NCBI GenBank assembly: GCA_038874135.1
Contig: JAVZCZ010000001.1
Location: forward strand, 512,001 to 576,000
Direction: 5' to 3'
Length of the DNA: 64,000 nucleotides
Origin: Candidatus Woesearchaeota archaeon
GTDB taxonomy: Archaea; Nanobdellota; Nanobdellia; Woesearchaeales; 0-14-0-80-44-23
Made by a program: the position numbers and the translations under genes. The notes below the pieces were generated by a model. The model was not told where the DNA came from. It searched no databases and saw nothing but the letters and a program-made list of their open reading frames with translations. Position 1 is the stretch's first letter. Each line of letters opens with the position of its first letter. Below are positions 9,669 to 19,794 of the stretch, in pieces.

Positions 9669-10970
9669 ATGGAATTTCTAAGATACGAAGAAGTCCCCTT
9701 CGGCCACTGGGGAATAATAAACACTGAAAACTTTAAGAGAGAACTAATAAAAGAATACGGGCAGGACAACCCTGATGGAGCTGAAGCACTTAACAATTTC
9801 AGCCTTGAAGAGATAATTAAAAGAATGGAAGAAGAGGCGTGTCCAGCCCTGGAAAGGGTGCTCAGAAAGATTCCAAAAAAGAGATGGGACCTAACACTCT
9901 CAAAAAACATACGCCTAGAAGTAAATGGAAATAAAATTCTCCTAAACGACAAATACGACGGCAGATTTGCCCTGATAAGCGCAGTAAGGGGCTTGCGCCC
10001 AGTAGAATATTCTGAAAAGAAGGAAGAACCTAAACCTGAGCAGGACATATTTGCAAGGATAATCACGGGAGAAGACTACGCCATAACAATCGCAAAAGAC
10101 GAAAAAGAAGCAGAACACCCATTCAGCAAAAGCCCAAAAAAGGAAGAACTAACAAAGTACAAAGCAGTTACAATAATCAACAGGTTTCCCGCATACGCAA
10201 GAATAATTGACCAAACCCTCGAAGGATACATAAACGTGAAAATAGGTGGGAAACATACCAAAATCTCAAAGGGCATAAATCTTGTAACAATACCAATAGC
10301 ATACTACGAAAGAATAGAAGAAGCAAGTCCAGAAGAGCTTGGAGCAATGCTCTCCTCAATGAAAACCGCAATATCATATGTCAGAAGTGCTGCCGAAGCA
10401 GTAGGCATAAGATACATACCGACATACCCCTTCTTCAACATTGGAAAAAATGTCGGCGGAAGCCTAAAAAGACTACACGCACAGGCATACATAGACCTAA
10501 ACCAGGACGGCCATGGAAGCACAATGGAAGACATACTAAAAGCCTTTGAAGAACAGCAAAAAGAAGGCAGGTGCAAGTTCTGCATCCCAAGCGAGTGGCA
10601 GAAGCGCGAATTCTTAATATACGAAAACGAGTTCTGCTCAGCATACGCAACGAGAGCACCAATCAGAAACTTTGACACAAAAATAATACCAAAAAGGCAT
10701 GTAGAAGACATCACAATGCTCAGCAGAGAAGAACTAAACAGCATAGGAGAGGCACTAATAAGAATCTCAAAAGCCCTCAACAAGATAGGAGCACACCCTG
10801 ACAGAAACATACTAATATACCAGAGGCCATTCAACTACGAATCATTCTTCCACATGTTCATACAAGTACTCCCATTTGAAAATGTTGGCGGCATGGAAAT
10901 GATGGACGAAGCAAGAGTCGTAAGAGTAGACCCAGCGGACTTCGCAGAGAAAATGAGAGAGATTATATAG
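9669..10970 (+). CDS. GalT/HIT-superfamily nucleotidyltransferase-like protein
   Basis: NRFPA, FFNIGKNVGGSLKRLHAQ (cf. GASLxHPHxQ), CKFC, PKRH, GGME; likely start ATG 9669. Confidence 0.75.
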   Translation: MEFLRYEEVPFGHWGIINTENFKRELIKEYGQDNPDGAEALNNFSLEEIIKRMEEEACPALERVLRKIPKKRWDLTLSKNIRLEVNGNKILLNDKYDGRFALISAVRGLRPVEYSEKKEEPKPEQDIFARIITGEDYAITIAKDEKEAEHPFSKSPKKEELTKYKAVTIINRFPAYARIIDQTLEGYINVKIGGKHTKISKGINLVTIPIAYYERIEEASPEELGAMLSSMKTAISYVRSAAEAVGIRYIPTYPFFNIGKNVGGSLKRLHAQAYIDLNQDGHGSTMEDILKAFEEQQKEGRCKFCIPSEWQKREFLIYENEFCSAYATRAPIRNFDTKIIPKRHVEDITMLSREELNSIGEALIRISKALNKIGAHPDRNILIYQRPFNYESFFHMFIQVLPFENVGGMEMMDEARVVRVDPADFAEKMREII

Positions 10971-11029
10971 TCAATTTTTATAAAATTTAAAATAGAGTTT
11001 AATTCATAGCTATTGGTTTATTAAAAAAA

Positions 11030-14000
11030 TTAGCAAACATACTTAGTTGTTCCATCTGGTTGTTTAACTTTACAACTATTTCCAAAAGGATTAACGCTTG
11101 TTGGAGTTGGAAGTTTTTTAGTAGTACTATCCTCTACCATAGTAGTCACTTCGGTATTAGTAGTAGTCACTTCAGTATTAGTAGTTCCAGTACATCCAGT
11201 GATGCGTTTACATTTATAACAATCCTCATTAGGATTGCTACATGCATATTCACTTTTAACAGTGCATGCATAACAATTATCAGGATCAGATGGATCATCA
11301 GAGTAGCAGATGTATGGACAAGTGCAATAATAACACTTTCCTGAGCTGCAAGAGTATGTTGATGATAAATCTTGACAATGCGTACTAGAAGGAGGACTTA
11401 AAGCGCAGTTATAACCTGGATTGGATGTTGGGCAGGCGCTAACAACACCATCGCACTTATAGCAATAGTATCCTGCTGAACAGAAATATTCATTAGATAC
11501 ATTTGTGCAGCCGGTTGGAATTGGATTATTTGTTACATTCTTAACACACCTGAAAGTCCAAGCCTTAGTACTCATGTCTGGCACTCTTACACAGCGGGAG
11601 TCATAAGAAGTACAAGAACAATAATTGTGATATAGTGAATAACAATTATCAGGAGTGTTACAATTGGCTTCTGTGTAAGATTCAGGACATCCTCCATATA
11701 TGCTTGGACACTGTACATCTTGCGTTGTTGTAGGTGCGGCATAGCAGTGGTAGGAAGTTCCCTGATCGGTACAATTTTTATTAACTACAGCAGTTCTTAT
11801 CTTGAAGGTTTTGTTTGAGTATAATGGTCCGTTTCCAAAATTTAACCAGTTGCCCAGCCAGGGCACAAATTGGTCTGGATCATATACTCCGACTCGGACT
11901 GAACAGTTGTTGCAGTTTATGTTTGGAATGTTCCACTGGTATTTGTTAATGGATGTTGAAAGAGAGTACGCAATTGGTGAATTATCATTACTAATTTCCC
12001 AAGCGCTTCCATTGTAAAATATTATTCTTATTGGCTTGTCTGAGGGCAGGTTTGCTGAGGTCCATTCAATAGTGTAGGGTGCTCCGCCGGTTAGCTCTTC
12101 ACCGCTAGCTGGTTTAATAAGTGTTATTGCGGCTTCTATTGTCGGACTGCAATCTTCGGGACAGTTGCACCTATTCTCCAAAGAATCGCACACCCCGTTT
12201 CCACACTTTGCAGTGCAATACTCACCAGTTGCCTGGCTGCACCCTCCATTTGTGAGATTTGCTGAATTGTTAATTTTAGAAAGTCCGGGACAGCACTGCT
12301 TATTGTTAACAACTTGCTGTCCTTCTGAAATGCAGTCTTCAACTCTAACCTGAACTGTAGAATTCACAAGCTGCTTTCCATTTACAAGGGCTATGATGGT
12401 AATGTTATAAATACCTATTGATTGCGGAGTCCAGGAATAAGATTTCTGCCCTGAAGAGAGATATGCAATCATGGTTGAGGTACAAGTGTAGGAAGAGACT
12501 GCCCTTCCTGAAATTGGGATGCCCAGAACTGCTGCGCCTTGCAAATCTGAACCATGCTGAGTTGATGAGGGGTAAGTAATGACGCATTCTCCAGTCTCGT
12601 TGCAACCGCAACTTGCCCCTGCAGGGGGATGAATGGCGGGACAGGAATCTCCATTGTTTACTACTTTGCATTGATCGCCGCACCAGCTGCAAGAACAGCC
12701 CGTGAGCTTATTAATAATTACGCAAGCGCCTTCTATGCATTGACCATCGCAGTTGTGAGTCTCATTCTTAACACTACTTCCTTCACAGTAATATTCTGTC
12801 AGAATGTTGGCAGCGCAACTATCTGAGAATTCAAAGGTTCCTGAAGAATTAGTAATAGTAACCCTTCCTGCAGTGCTATAACTTAGTCCATTGTCGGAAT
12901 CAGTGCAGGTAGGACCTGAGACTATTGAAAAGGTATTGTTTACATACAACTGACGACCTCCCACAACAGCCCACATTAAATTACTAAGGTTGTATATACC
13001 AACCCTGATTAAACAGTTAGAACAAGAAGCCTGAGGAACAGTCCAGTCGTAGCCTACCTCTGCATTAATGTCAGCACGTATTGGAATGTTACTACTTAAA
13101 AAGCTCCAGCTGGACCCGTCATAGAATAGGATAGCCCACACTAGATTGGAAGTATCAACTCCGGAAACTTGATAACTTCCACTTATGTGATAAACAGAGC
13201 CGGCAGGCAAAACCTCTCCAGAACTAGGATTATTTAGATAAACAGAAGCTTGTGGAGAAAACTCGCCTGAAGCAGACTGCATGATAAAATCCTGACATTC
13301 CTCAGTTGAGGAGTTACAGACCTTTCCATCTGGACAGCCGCATTCTGTGCATTTATTCACCAATTGTAAGTTTTCACACTTCTTCGGTTTTGAAACAGAA
13401 CAGTCTCCCGCAAAAGTTCCATCATCGCAGGCAGAGACATCAGAGCAATTTGAAACATACACTGCAAAGTTGCTAACAAAATCAGCAGCCTCCCCCCTCA
13501 CATCCCAAGCGATTTGTACAGGGCTGTTAATGCCATGGACGCTGTCCTGAGCTGGGGCTGATATTGTCAGCTGCGCATTACAGGCTCTGCAGCTACCTCC
13601 GCAGTCAACGCCGAGCTCATCAGAATCCCTCACGCAGTTGTTACATTTGTTCAAAGAGCTGGCTTCCTCTCCAATTCGCAGCATTGCTGTCAGTTGAGGC
13701 CAGCTCTCAAGCAGGGATTCAAAGTTTGCTGACTGCGTCTTCTGCCTGTTTATGAAGTAGGAGCAGGATGCGTCCTTTACGCACGCTCCTTGATACTTTT
13801 TGTTTATCTGTTCGCAGATGTCTGTATTGAAGTTTGAATATTTTATTATGAGGAAGGTGTCTCCAGCCCAATCATATACTGAGCCCTTCACCTGCCTGCC
13901 ATTCACACTGGCTAGGTATATCCTGTTTGAGTTTATGTTGCTGAACTGGAGCTGGTCGTTCTGACCGCTTCGGAAGAGGGAGTTAAGTATCTGTTTGAAG

Positions 14001-16996
14001 AAGGCTATTATTGAAGACACTAAGGATTGTGAGAATTCAAAGTTTTGGTTACTGAAAATCATTAGTTGAAGCTTCGGATTGTACCATACGGACCTATCTG
14101 AACATGAAAAATACCTATCTTCTTGGGAGTTTACATTGTTGCAGAAGGTGCTCGTCCTATTTATAAGCTGCATCGTATCGTTTATTGGGATGTTTAGTGC
14201 GGTTCCTGCAATCACTCGCTCAGCCATAGAATCCTTATACCTGAGTATGCAGAAGCTGTTAAAGCATGGAAAGCCTACACCGTTGTTTGAACACTGCCTT
14301 AAAAGGTTTTGTGAAGCCGGCTGGTAGTCGTAATAGTTGAGGCTGTACTCGTATTCGTCGCAAAAGATTGTGTAATTTTGTATTGAGTTGGTTTTAGTGT
14401 AGTTGAGAAGGGCTGCTGCCACCAGCGAAGTCCTAGTTACCCAGTTACCATCATCACAATAATGATCCAAAATAAACTGCCCAGAATTCACACAGCGGGG
14501 CTTATCATTAGAAAAGTAGGCACTAACATTCCCATTCCTAGACAAATTCCCACCAGGATCCACAAGACACTGCGAAGCCTCCAAACAGCAGCCCGAAACC
14601 CCATCCCAAGTGTGCTTCTGAACGCACTTCTCACCGCCGCAGTTTTGACCATACCCAACATTACCATTGACATTACAGATTGAAGGACAAGTACAGCCCA
14701 AACCGCACGAGCAGTTAGTAGTGCAGTCGTTAAGAGGCTGAGTTGAAGTGCAGCCTCCAGTGCATCCTGAACTCGTGCAGGTCTGATCCGGCATCATAGT
14801 GCAACTCTGATATGCACACCTGTTTGAACTGCACGAGGGATTATAGTAGCATGTTGTAGATTCGTTATAGCTGGAACAGCAAGGCAGAGACTGAGAACAA
14901 TATTGATCCTTCTTAGGACCGCAGCCCTTAATGCCGCCACAGTTGTCACCATTAGGTATCTCCCCCTCCTTGTTACAGCCCTGAGGGCATAAGCAGCCGT
15001 AAGAGCACTGGCAGGTTCCACAATTATCTAAACTCAACCTGGAAGTGCACGCTTCACACCTTCCATTATTGCAAGTCAGCCCAGCATCACACTTCGTACC
15101 CACAACATAACAGCTTCCACCGCAGCCGTTACTTCCTGTATATGTGGTGCCGCAATCAACATTAGAAGGAGCAGGACAACTAGGAGTGCAGCCGCCACTA
15201 TTACAACTATCGTTCGGGTACCTATTAAGGCAAGAGTAATCAGCATTAACATTATCACAGCAACCATTCTGATCAGGATCTTTATAATTACACTTCCCAT
15301 TTATACAGCCCAAAACATTGCACTTCCCATTACTATTAGGCGAAACAGAACAAGAACCGCCAGAAGAACCGCCACAAGTTTCTCCATTAGCAATCGCTTG
15401 ACCACTCTTCACACAGCCGGAAGCAGCACAATAACATGCAAAATTGGTATTCGGAAGATTAGACTCCATACATGTACTAGTACAATCATTCAACTTCTTA
15501 AGACAACCCTTACCATCATCCCTCATCAGATAAGAACCATCCTCACACTGAGAACAATAACCGCCACTACACAACATATGATACTCGGTGCATGACAAAG
15601 CGCTAGCAGATTTACAGCCATCAGATGCACAATACTTTGGAATAACATTATTATTTCTGTCACACGAACTTGAAACAGTGGTGCCCCCACTAGTACAGGA
15701 AGTAACCGCAAAACGAGTAACTTGACTTGAAGAATTGCCAGAACAAGAACCGCCAGAAGAACCGCCACAAGTTTCTCCATTAGCAATCGCTTGACCACTC
15801 TTCACACAGCCGGAAGCAGCACAATAACATGCAAAATTGGTATTCGGAAGATTAGACTCCATACATGTACTAGTACAATCATTCAACTTCTTAAGACAAC
15901 CCTTACCATCATCCCTCATCAGATAAGAACCATCCTCACACTGAGAACAATAACCGCCACTACACAACATATGATACTCGGTGCATGACAAAGCGCTAGC
16001 AGATTTACAGCCATCAGATGCACAATACTTTGGAATAACATTATTATTTCTGTCACACGAACTTGAAACAGTGGTGCCCCCACTAGTACAGGAAGTAACC
16101 GCAAAACGAGTAACTTGACTTGAAGAATTGCCAGAACAGGAAGATGCACTTTGTACAGTCAGCTGTGCAGGAATACTTCCAGGACAAGAATAATATGTAT
16201 AGCTGCCTGAAGTTGAAGGTGCAGTAAAAGTTCCTTGGCCAATTCTTATCTGACTCCCTTTACAAACCATCGGATTTACAGGATTACACCCCTGAGAATC
16301 ACATATCTTAACCTGAGAAACATCTGCGCTAGTGTAGGTTGGGGTTAATTGCGCTGTAACCTGCCCCCCTGGAGCAACAGAAGCTGAAGAAAGAGAAAAA
16401 GAATAACCAATTTTGCACCCATCCTTAATATCTATCGTCCTTCTTACATAACCTGGAATGCACTTTGAACACGCTCCACTCTCACACATCGTGTTATAAT
16501 CCTCTAAGGTGCAGTTGTATGCTTTCTGAATGCATCCTCCGTTGCTGCAGAAAACATCTAGAACTTGAGTTTTATCTGCACTGCACTGATCAAACATTTG
16601 AGCAGAGACATCTGTACATGAATGGTACACAAACCTTGTGCCTCCCGATTGCCCTTGGCAGGGAATACAATCGTTGTTTAAACATTTCCCAAGAATTGTG
16701 CTTGGAGAAGTGGCTGCAACGCACGTTTGATAATCGCAAGCTGTACGATTCCATTTACAGTAATATACATAATTGCGTATATTTGAATCAAATGTATAAA
16801 GAAGATTTGCGCAATAATGACACATATACTTCCCTGCTAAATCATAATAGATATATGAATTAGAATCACTTCTTGATGTATCAATTTGATAACCCGAAGG
16901 AGGTAATTCTCCACATCCAGCATTAACATTTACAGATACAATTATGATGAAAAGAGTAATTAATGAGATAATTAAATAAAGCGAGCTATTTTTCAT
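11030..16996 (-). CDS. Giant Cys-rich modular secreted/surface protein (about 1990 aa)
   Basis: Signal peptide MKNSSLYLIISLITLFIIIVSVNVNA; Cys-rich modules, Ig-like segments, DSDNG motif, Thr-rich tail. Confidence 0.85.
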   Translation of the reverse strand: MKNSSLYLIISLITLFIIIVSVNVNAGCGELPPSGYQIDTSRSDSNSYIYYDLAGKYMCHYCANLLYTFDSNIRNYVYYCKWNRTACDYQTCVAATSPSTILGKCLNNDCIPCQGQSGGTRFVYHSCTDVSAQMFDQCSADKTQVLDVFCSNGGCIQKAYNCTLEDYNTMCESGACSKCIPGYVRRTIDIKDGCKIGYSFSLSSASVAPGGQVTAQLTPTYTSADVSQVKICDSQGCNPVNPMVCKGSQIRIGQGTFTAPSTSGSYTYYSCPGSIPAQLTVQSASSCSGNSSSQVTRFAVTSCTSGGTTVSSSCDRNNNVIPKYCASDGCKSASALSCTEYHMLCSGGYCSQCEDGSYLMRDDGKGCLKKLNDCTSTCMESNLPNTNFACYCAASGCVKSGQAIANGETCGGSSGGSCSGNSSSQVTRFAVTSCTSGGTTVSSSCDRNNNVIPKYCASDGCKSASALSCTEYHMLCSGGYCSQCEDGSYLMRDDGKGCLKKLNDCTSTCMESNLPNTNFACYCAASGCVKSGQAIANGETCGGSSGGSCSVSPNSNGKCNVLGCINGKCNYKDPDQNGCCDNVNADYSCLNRYPNDSCNSGGCTPSCPAPSNVDCGTTYTGSNGCGGSCYVVGTKCDAGLTCNNGRCEACTSRLSLDNCGTCQCSYGCLCPQGCNKEGEIPNGDNCGGIKGCGPKKDQYCSQSLPCCSSYNESTTCYYNPSCSSNRCAYQSCTMMPDQTCTSSGCTGGCTSTQPLNDCTTNCSCGLGCTCPSICNVNGNVGYGQNCGGEKCVQKHTWDGVSGCCLEASQCLVDPGGNLSRNGNVSAYFSNDKPRCVNSGQFILDHYCDDGNWVTRTSLVAAALLNYTKTNSIQNYTIFCDEYEYSLNYYDYQPASQNLLRQCSNNGVGFPCFNSFCILRYKDSMAERVIAGTALNIPINDTMQLINRTSTFCNNVNSQEDRYFSCSDRSVWYNPKLQLMIFSNQNFEFSQSLVSSIIAFFKQILNSLFRSGQNDQLQFSNINSNRIYLASVNGRQVKGSVYDWAGDTFLIIKYSNFNTDICEQINKKYQGACVKDASCSYFINRQKTQSANFESLLESWPQLTAMLRIGEEASSLNKCNNCVRDSDELGVDCGGSCRACNAQLTISAPAQDSVHGINSPVQIAWDVRGEAADFVSNFAVYVSNCSDVSACDDGTFAGDCSVSKPKKCENLQLVNKCTECGCPDGKVCNSSTEECQDFIMQSASGEFSPQASVYLNNPSSGEVLPAGSVYHISGSYQVSGVDTSNLVWAILFYDGSSWSFLSSNIPIRADINAEVGYDWTVPQASCSNCLIRVGIYNLSNLMWAVVGGRQLYVNNTFSIVSGPTCTDSDNGLSYSTAGRVTITNSSGTFEFSDSCAANILTEYYCEGSSVKNETHNCDGQCIEGACVIINKLTGCSCSWCGDQCKVVNNGDSCPAIHPPAGASCGCNETGECVITYPSSTQHGSDLQGAAVLGIPISGRAVSSYTCTSTMIAYLSSGQKSYSWTPQSIGIYNITIIALVNGKQLVNSTVQVRVEDCISEGQQVVNNKQCCPGLSKINNSANLTNGGCSQATGEYCTAKCGNGVCDSLENRCNCPEDCSPTIEAAITLIKPASGEELTGGAPYTIEWTSANLPSDKPIRIIFYNGSAWEISNDNSPIAYSLSTSINKYQWNIPNINCNNCSVRVGVYDPDQFVPWLGNWLNFGNGPLYSNKTFKIRTAVVNKNCTDQGTSYHCYAAPTTTQDVQCPSIYGGCPESYTEANCNTPDNCYSLYHNYCSCTSYDSRCVRVPDMSTKAWTFRCVKNVTNNPIPTGCTNVSNEYFCSAGYYCYKCDGVVSACPTSNPGYNCALSPPSSTHCQDLSSTYSCSSGKCYYCTCPYICYSDDPSDPDNCYACTVKSEYACSNPNEDCYKCKRITGCTGTTNTEVTTTNTEVTTMVEDSTTKKLPTPTSVNPFGNSCKVKQPDGTTKYVC
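11140..11185. repeat. 21-bp tandem repeat (TTNTEVT x2)
   Basis: tagtagtcacttcggtattag followed by tagtagtcacttcagtattag. Confidence 0.8.
13587..13641. repeat. 55-bp block shared with 18602-18656
   Basis: Encodes NCVRDSDELGVDCGGSCR; 1 mismatch. Confidence 0.9.
14397..14620. repeat. 224-bp block shared with 19454-19677
   Basis: 3 mismatches by eye; encodes QKHTWDGVSGCC...AALLNY. Confidence 0.95.
15346..16138. repeat. Exact 393-bp tandem duplication (131 aa x2)
   Basis: Units start at 15346 and 15739; no differences seen by eye. Confidence 0.95.
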
Positions 16997-17151
16997 TTTT
17001 ATCTCTTTCTCATCAAAATATGTTGCTCCACAAGTATTATTTCTACTCAATTCGGTTTCACATTTTTTATATTTTTAAATTTTTCTTTTTTAAACTAGTT
17101 ATAAATCTATTTTAGGTAAATTTATTTTAGGTTTTTAGGCAAGAGAATTTT

Positions 17152-19794
17152 TTATGCAGATACAATACAGCAGGCAGTTCCACAGCAGCCGTATTCGCAA
17201 CACTTATTATTACAGCAGCTCTCGCCTTCATCGCACATTTTATTTCCGCAGCATACTGTTCCTGGACATTCGCACGGGTCAATTGCGCACGATCCATCGC
17301 CTGTGCAGCAGATAAGACCTGTGCATTGGTACTCGCAAGCTCCAGTATTAGGATTGCAGGCGTAACATGGCGAACAGGTAACTCCCTTACATTTATCTAT
17401 AGGAACGCAGCTTCCTCTGCCGTCACATTCCTCATCTGAACTGCATTTTGACTCGCACAGTCCGGTTTCTGCATTACACTGTTGACAATCATCTTCGTTA
17501 CATCCCACATCTACACAAGTAACATCTTTGCATTCTCCATTTTCACATTTTTGGTTTAAGTTGCACCCTACACATCTTCCCTGTACGCAAGTTTCACAAT
17601 TGTTGGCGTCGCACGGCGGATTGCAGCTGTTTCCATTACCGCCCCCGCAGTCCTTAGTACCAGCGCAGCTTCCACCGCAACCATCAGAGCAGGTACTGCC
17701 TGTACAGGTATTGGAAGCACAAGAACAATCAGGAACGCAAGGTCCCACTCCGCAGTTATCATTAAGTGACTTGCCAAAACAAGCGCTGTCAGAATAAACA
17801 TTATCACAACAGCCGTTCACAGCAGACTTGTAAACGCAAACATTATTAGAACAAGCCAAAGCAGAAGTGCACTTACCCTCCTCATTAGGCGAAACAGAAC
17901 AAGAACTGCCACAAGCAGCATTAACACTCTTACCAGAACAGGCAGAATCAGAAGAGACACCATCACAACAGCCGTTCACAGCAGACTTGTAAACGCACTT
18001 GGAATTAGAGCAGGTGAGCGCAGGGCAATTTCCATTCGCATCAGGAAGGTTTTGACATGTTGAGATGCAGACTCCGTTCTGACAGGTCTTTCCAGAATCG
18101 CACTTTGTGCCTATTACGCAGGTGTTGTTTCCGCAGCCGTCGCTTCCGTACTGTCCGCAGATTATCTCTGATGCTGAGGGGCAGCTTGGAGTGCAGCACT
18201 GCCCGTTGTAGCACACCTGGTTCTGAGTGCAGGTTGAGATGCAGCTTCCCTCGTAGCAGGTCTGGCATTCTCCGCAGACTACATTCTTGCACGGGTCTTC
18301 AAGTTTTATTCTCGTTGAGTTCTGTACGATCTGGCTGCTCTCTACATACGCTTTCACTATTATCTCGTATTCGCCTATGCTGTCCGGGCTTCTTGCTGGA
18401 ATCCAGATGTATTGACGTGCTGCCCCGTCATTTATCTGCTGGCTGACTAATGTCTGGTCGTTCTTTTTTATTATGATTTGGAAGCTTGTTATGTATGCTG
18501 TTGCTTCTCCTCCTAATGTCCAGTTTATTGTTACAGGCTTTGTGTATGGGATTTCTGAGTCTCTTTCTGGACTTTTGAGTGCCAGGCGGGTTCTGCATTG
18601 CCTGCAGCTGCCTCCGCAGTCAACGCCGAGCTCATCAGAATCCCTCACGCAGTTGTGGCATTTGTCTGTGCTTTCCGGGCTTTCTCCTATTCTTAGGGCT
18701 GCTGTTAGGTCTGGCCATTTTCTTAGTAGGTCTTGGTATTGCTCATTCATATTCCAGGATTCGGTGCTGGCGCTTATTAGGTATGTGCAGGCTTCTTCCT
18801 CTGTGCACGGGTTTAGCTGAGGATATGCTTTGTTTATTATGCTGCACATGTCCGTTTTGAATTTGGAGTATTTTATGTTTAGGCTGATGCTGCCCTGCCA
18901 GTTTTGTATTGTGCCTTCAACTCTTTTTCCATCTATGCTTGCAAGGTATATCCTGTCCGAGTTTAGCGGGCTGTATTCCGGTGTTGGATTTTCTTCTCTT
19001 CCAAATATGCTGTTAAGTATTCTTTTGAGGAAGCTTACTATCGCGTTTATTATGTAGGATGCGCCTGTTGGTTCAAAGTTGAACTCTGTCTTGCTGAATA
19101 TTATCGTTTGGAGTTCTGGATTGTACCAGGTTGTTGAGTCTTGGCACTTCTTGTATGCGTTTCCTCCTGACAGCGCGTTGTTGCAGAAGCTGTTTGACTT
19201 GTTTATGATTTCAAGCATTGATGAGTAGTTCTGATTGTTGAGCTGCCAGTTTAGTGCCGTTCCTAAGATTACTCTCTTCTCTGTTGGGGTTGAGTATTCT
19301 AGCACGCAGAAGCTGTTTGTGCAGGGTATTTGGAAGCCGTTGTAGTAGCATCTTCCTGAGAAGTAGTTAGCAGCTGGATTGTATGAGTAGTAGTTTAATG
19401 CGTACGAGTAGTTGTCGCAGAATAGTGTATAGTTGCTTATTGAGTTTTTGAGTGTGTAGTTGAGAAGGGCTGCTGCCACCAGCGAAGTCCTAGTTACCCA
19501 GTTACCATCGTCACAATAATGATCCAAAATAAACTGCCCAGAATTCACACAGCGGGGCTTATCATTAGAAAAGTAGGCGCTAACATTCCCATTCCTAGAC
19601 AAATTCCCACTAGGATCCACAAGACACTGCGAAGCCTCCAAACAGCAGCCCGAAACCCCATCCCAAGTGTGCTTCTGCACTCCTGAGCAGGATTCTTCAG
19701 CAGCAATGCTAGAAGATGTTAGAGTGAGTGCCAGCAGGGTTAATAATGCAAGTATTAGCAATACTCTCTTTTTTCTATGCATTTTTATCTTCAT
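17152..19794 (-). CDS. Cys-rich secreted protein, paralogue of 11030-16996
   Basis: Signal peptide; shared core domain; extremely Cys-rich C-terminus. Confidence 0.85.
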   Translation of the reverse strand: MKIKMHRKKRVLLILALLTLLALTLTSSSIAAEESCSGVQKHTWDGVSGCCLEASQCLVDPSGNLSRNGNVSAYFSNDKPRCVNSGQFILDHYCDDGNWVTRTSLVAAALLNYTLKNSISNYTLFCDNYSYALNYYSYNPAANYFSGRCYYNGFQIPCTNSFCVLEYSTPTEKRVILGTALNWQLNNQNYSSMLEIINKSNSFCNNALSGGNAYKKCQDSTTWYNPELQTIIFSKTEFNFEPTGASYIINAIVSFLKRILNSIFGREENPTPEYSPLNSDRIYLASIDGKRVEGTIQNWQGSISLNIKYSKFKTDMCSIINKAYPQLNPCTEEEACTYLISASTESWNMNEQYQDLLRKWPDLTAALRIGESPESTDKCHNCVRDSDELGVDCGGSCRQCRTRLALKSPERDSEIPYTKPVTINWTLGGEATAYITSFQIIIKKNDQTLVSQQINDGAARQYIWIPARSPDSIGEYEIIVKAYVESSQIVQNSTRIKLEDPCKNVVCGECQTCYEGSCISTCTQNQVCYNGQCCTPSCPSASEIICGQYGSDGCGNNTCVIGTKCDSGKTCQNGVCISTCQNLPDANGNCPALTCSNSKCVYKSAVNGCCDGVSSDSACSGKSVNAACGSSCSVSPNEEGKCTSALACSNNVCVYKSAVNGCCDNVYSDSACFGKSLNDNCGVGPCVPDCSCASNTCTGSTCSDGCGGSCAGTKDCGGGNGNSCNPPCDANNCETCVQGRCVGCNLNQKCENGECKDVTCVDVGCNEDDCQQCNAETGLCESKCSSDEECDGRGSCVPIDKCKGVTCSPCYACNPNTGACEYQCTGLICCTGDGSCAIDPCECPGTVCCGNKMCDEGESCCNNKCCEYGCCGTACCIVSA
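17803..17997. repeat. 36-bp direct repeat (CVYKSAVNGCCD x2, 159-bp period)
   Basis: atcacaacagccgttcacagcagacttgtaaacgca at 17803 and 17962. Confidence 0.9.
18602..18656. repeat. 55-bp block shared with 13587-13641
   Basis: Direct comparison. Confidence 0.9.
19454..19677. repeat. 224-bp block shared with 14397-14620
   Basis: Direct comparison. Confidence 0.95.

Noticed and set aside
16910-16996. Lipobox (VNAGC) making the giant protein an Lgt substrate
   Set aside because: Asn at -3 does not fit the consensus, and VNA|G fits signal peptidase I equally well; SGKGC in the 1044-aa protein is similarly weak.
14397-19677. Diversity-generating retroelement TR/VR pair
   Set aside because: Only 3 mismatches, not adenine-specific on the coding strand; both copies are coding; no reverse transcriptase in the window.
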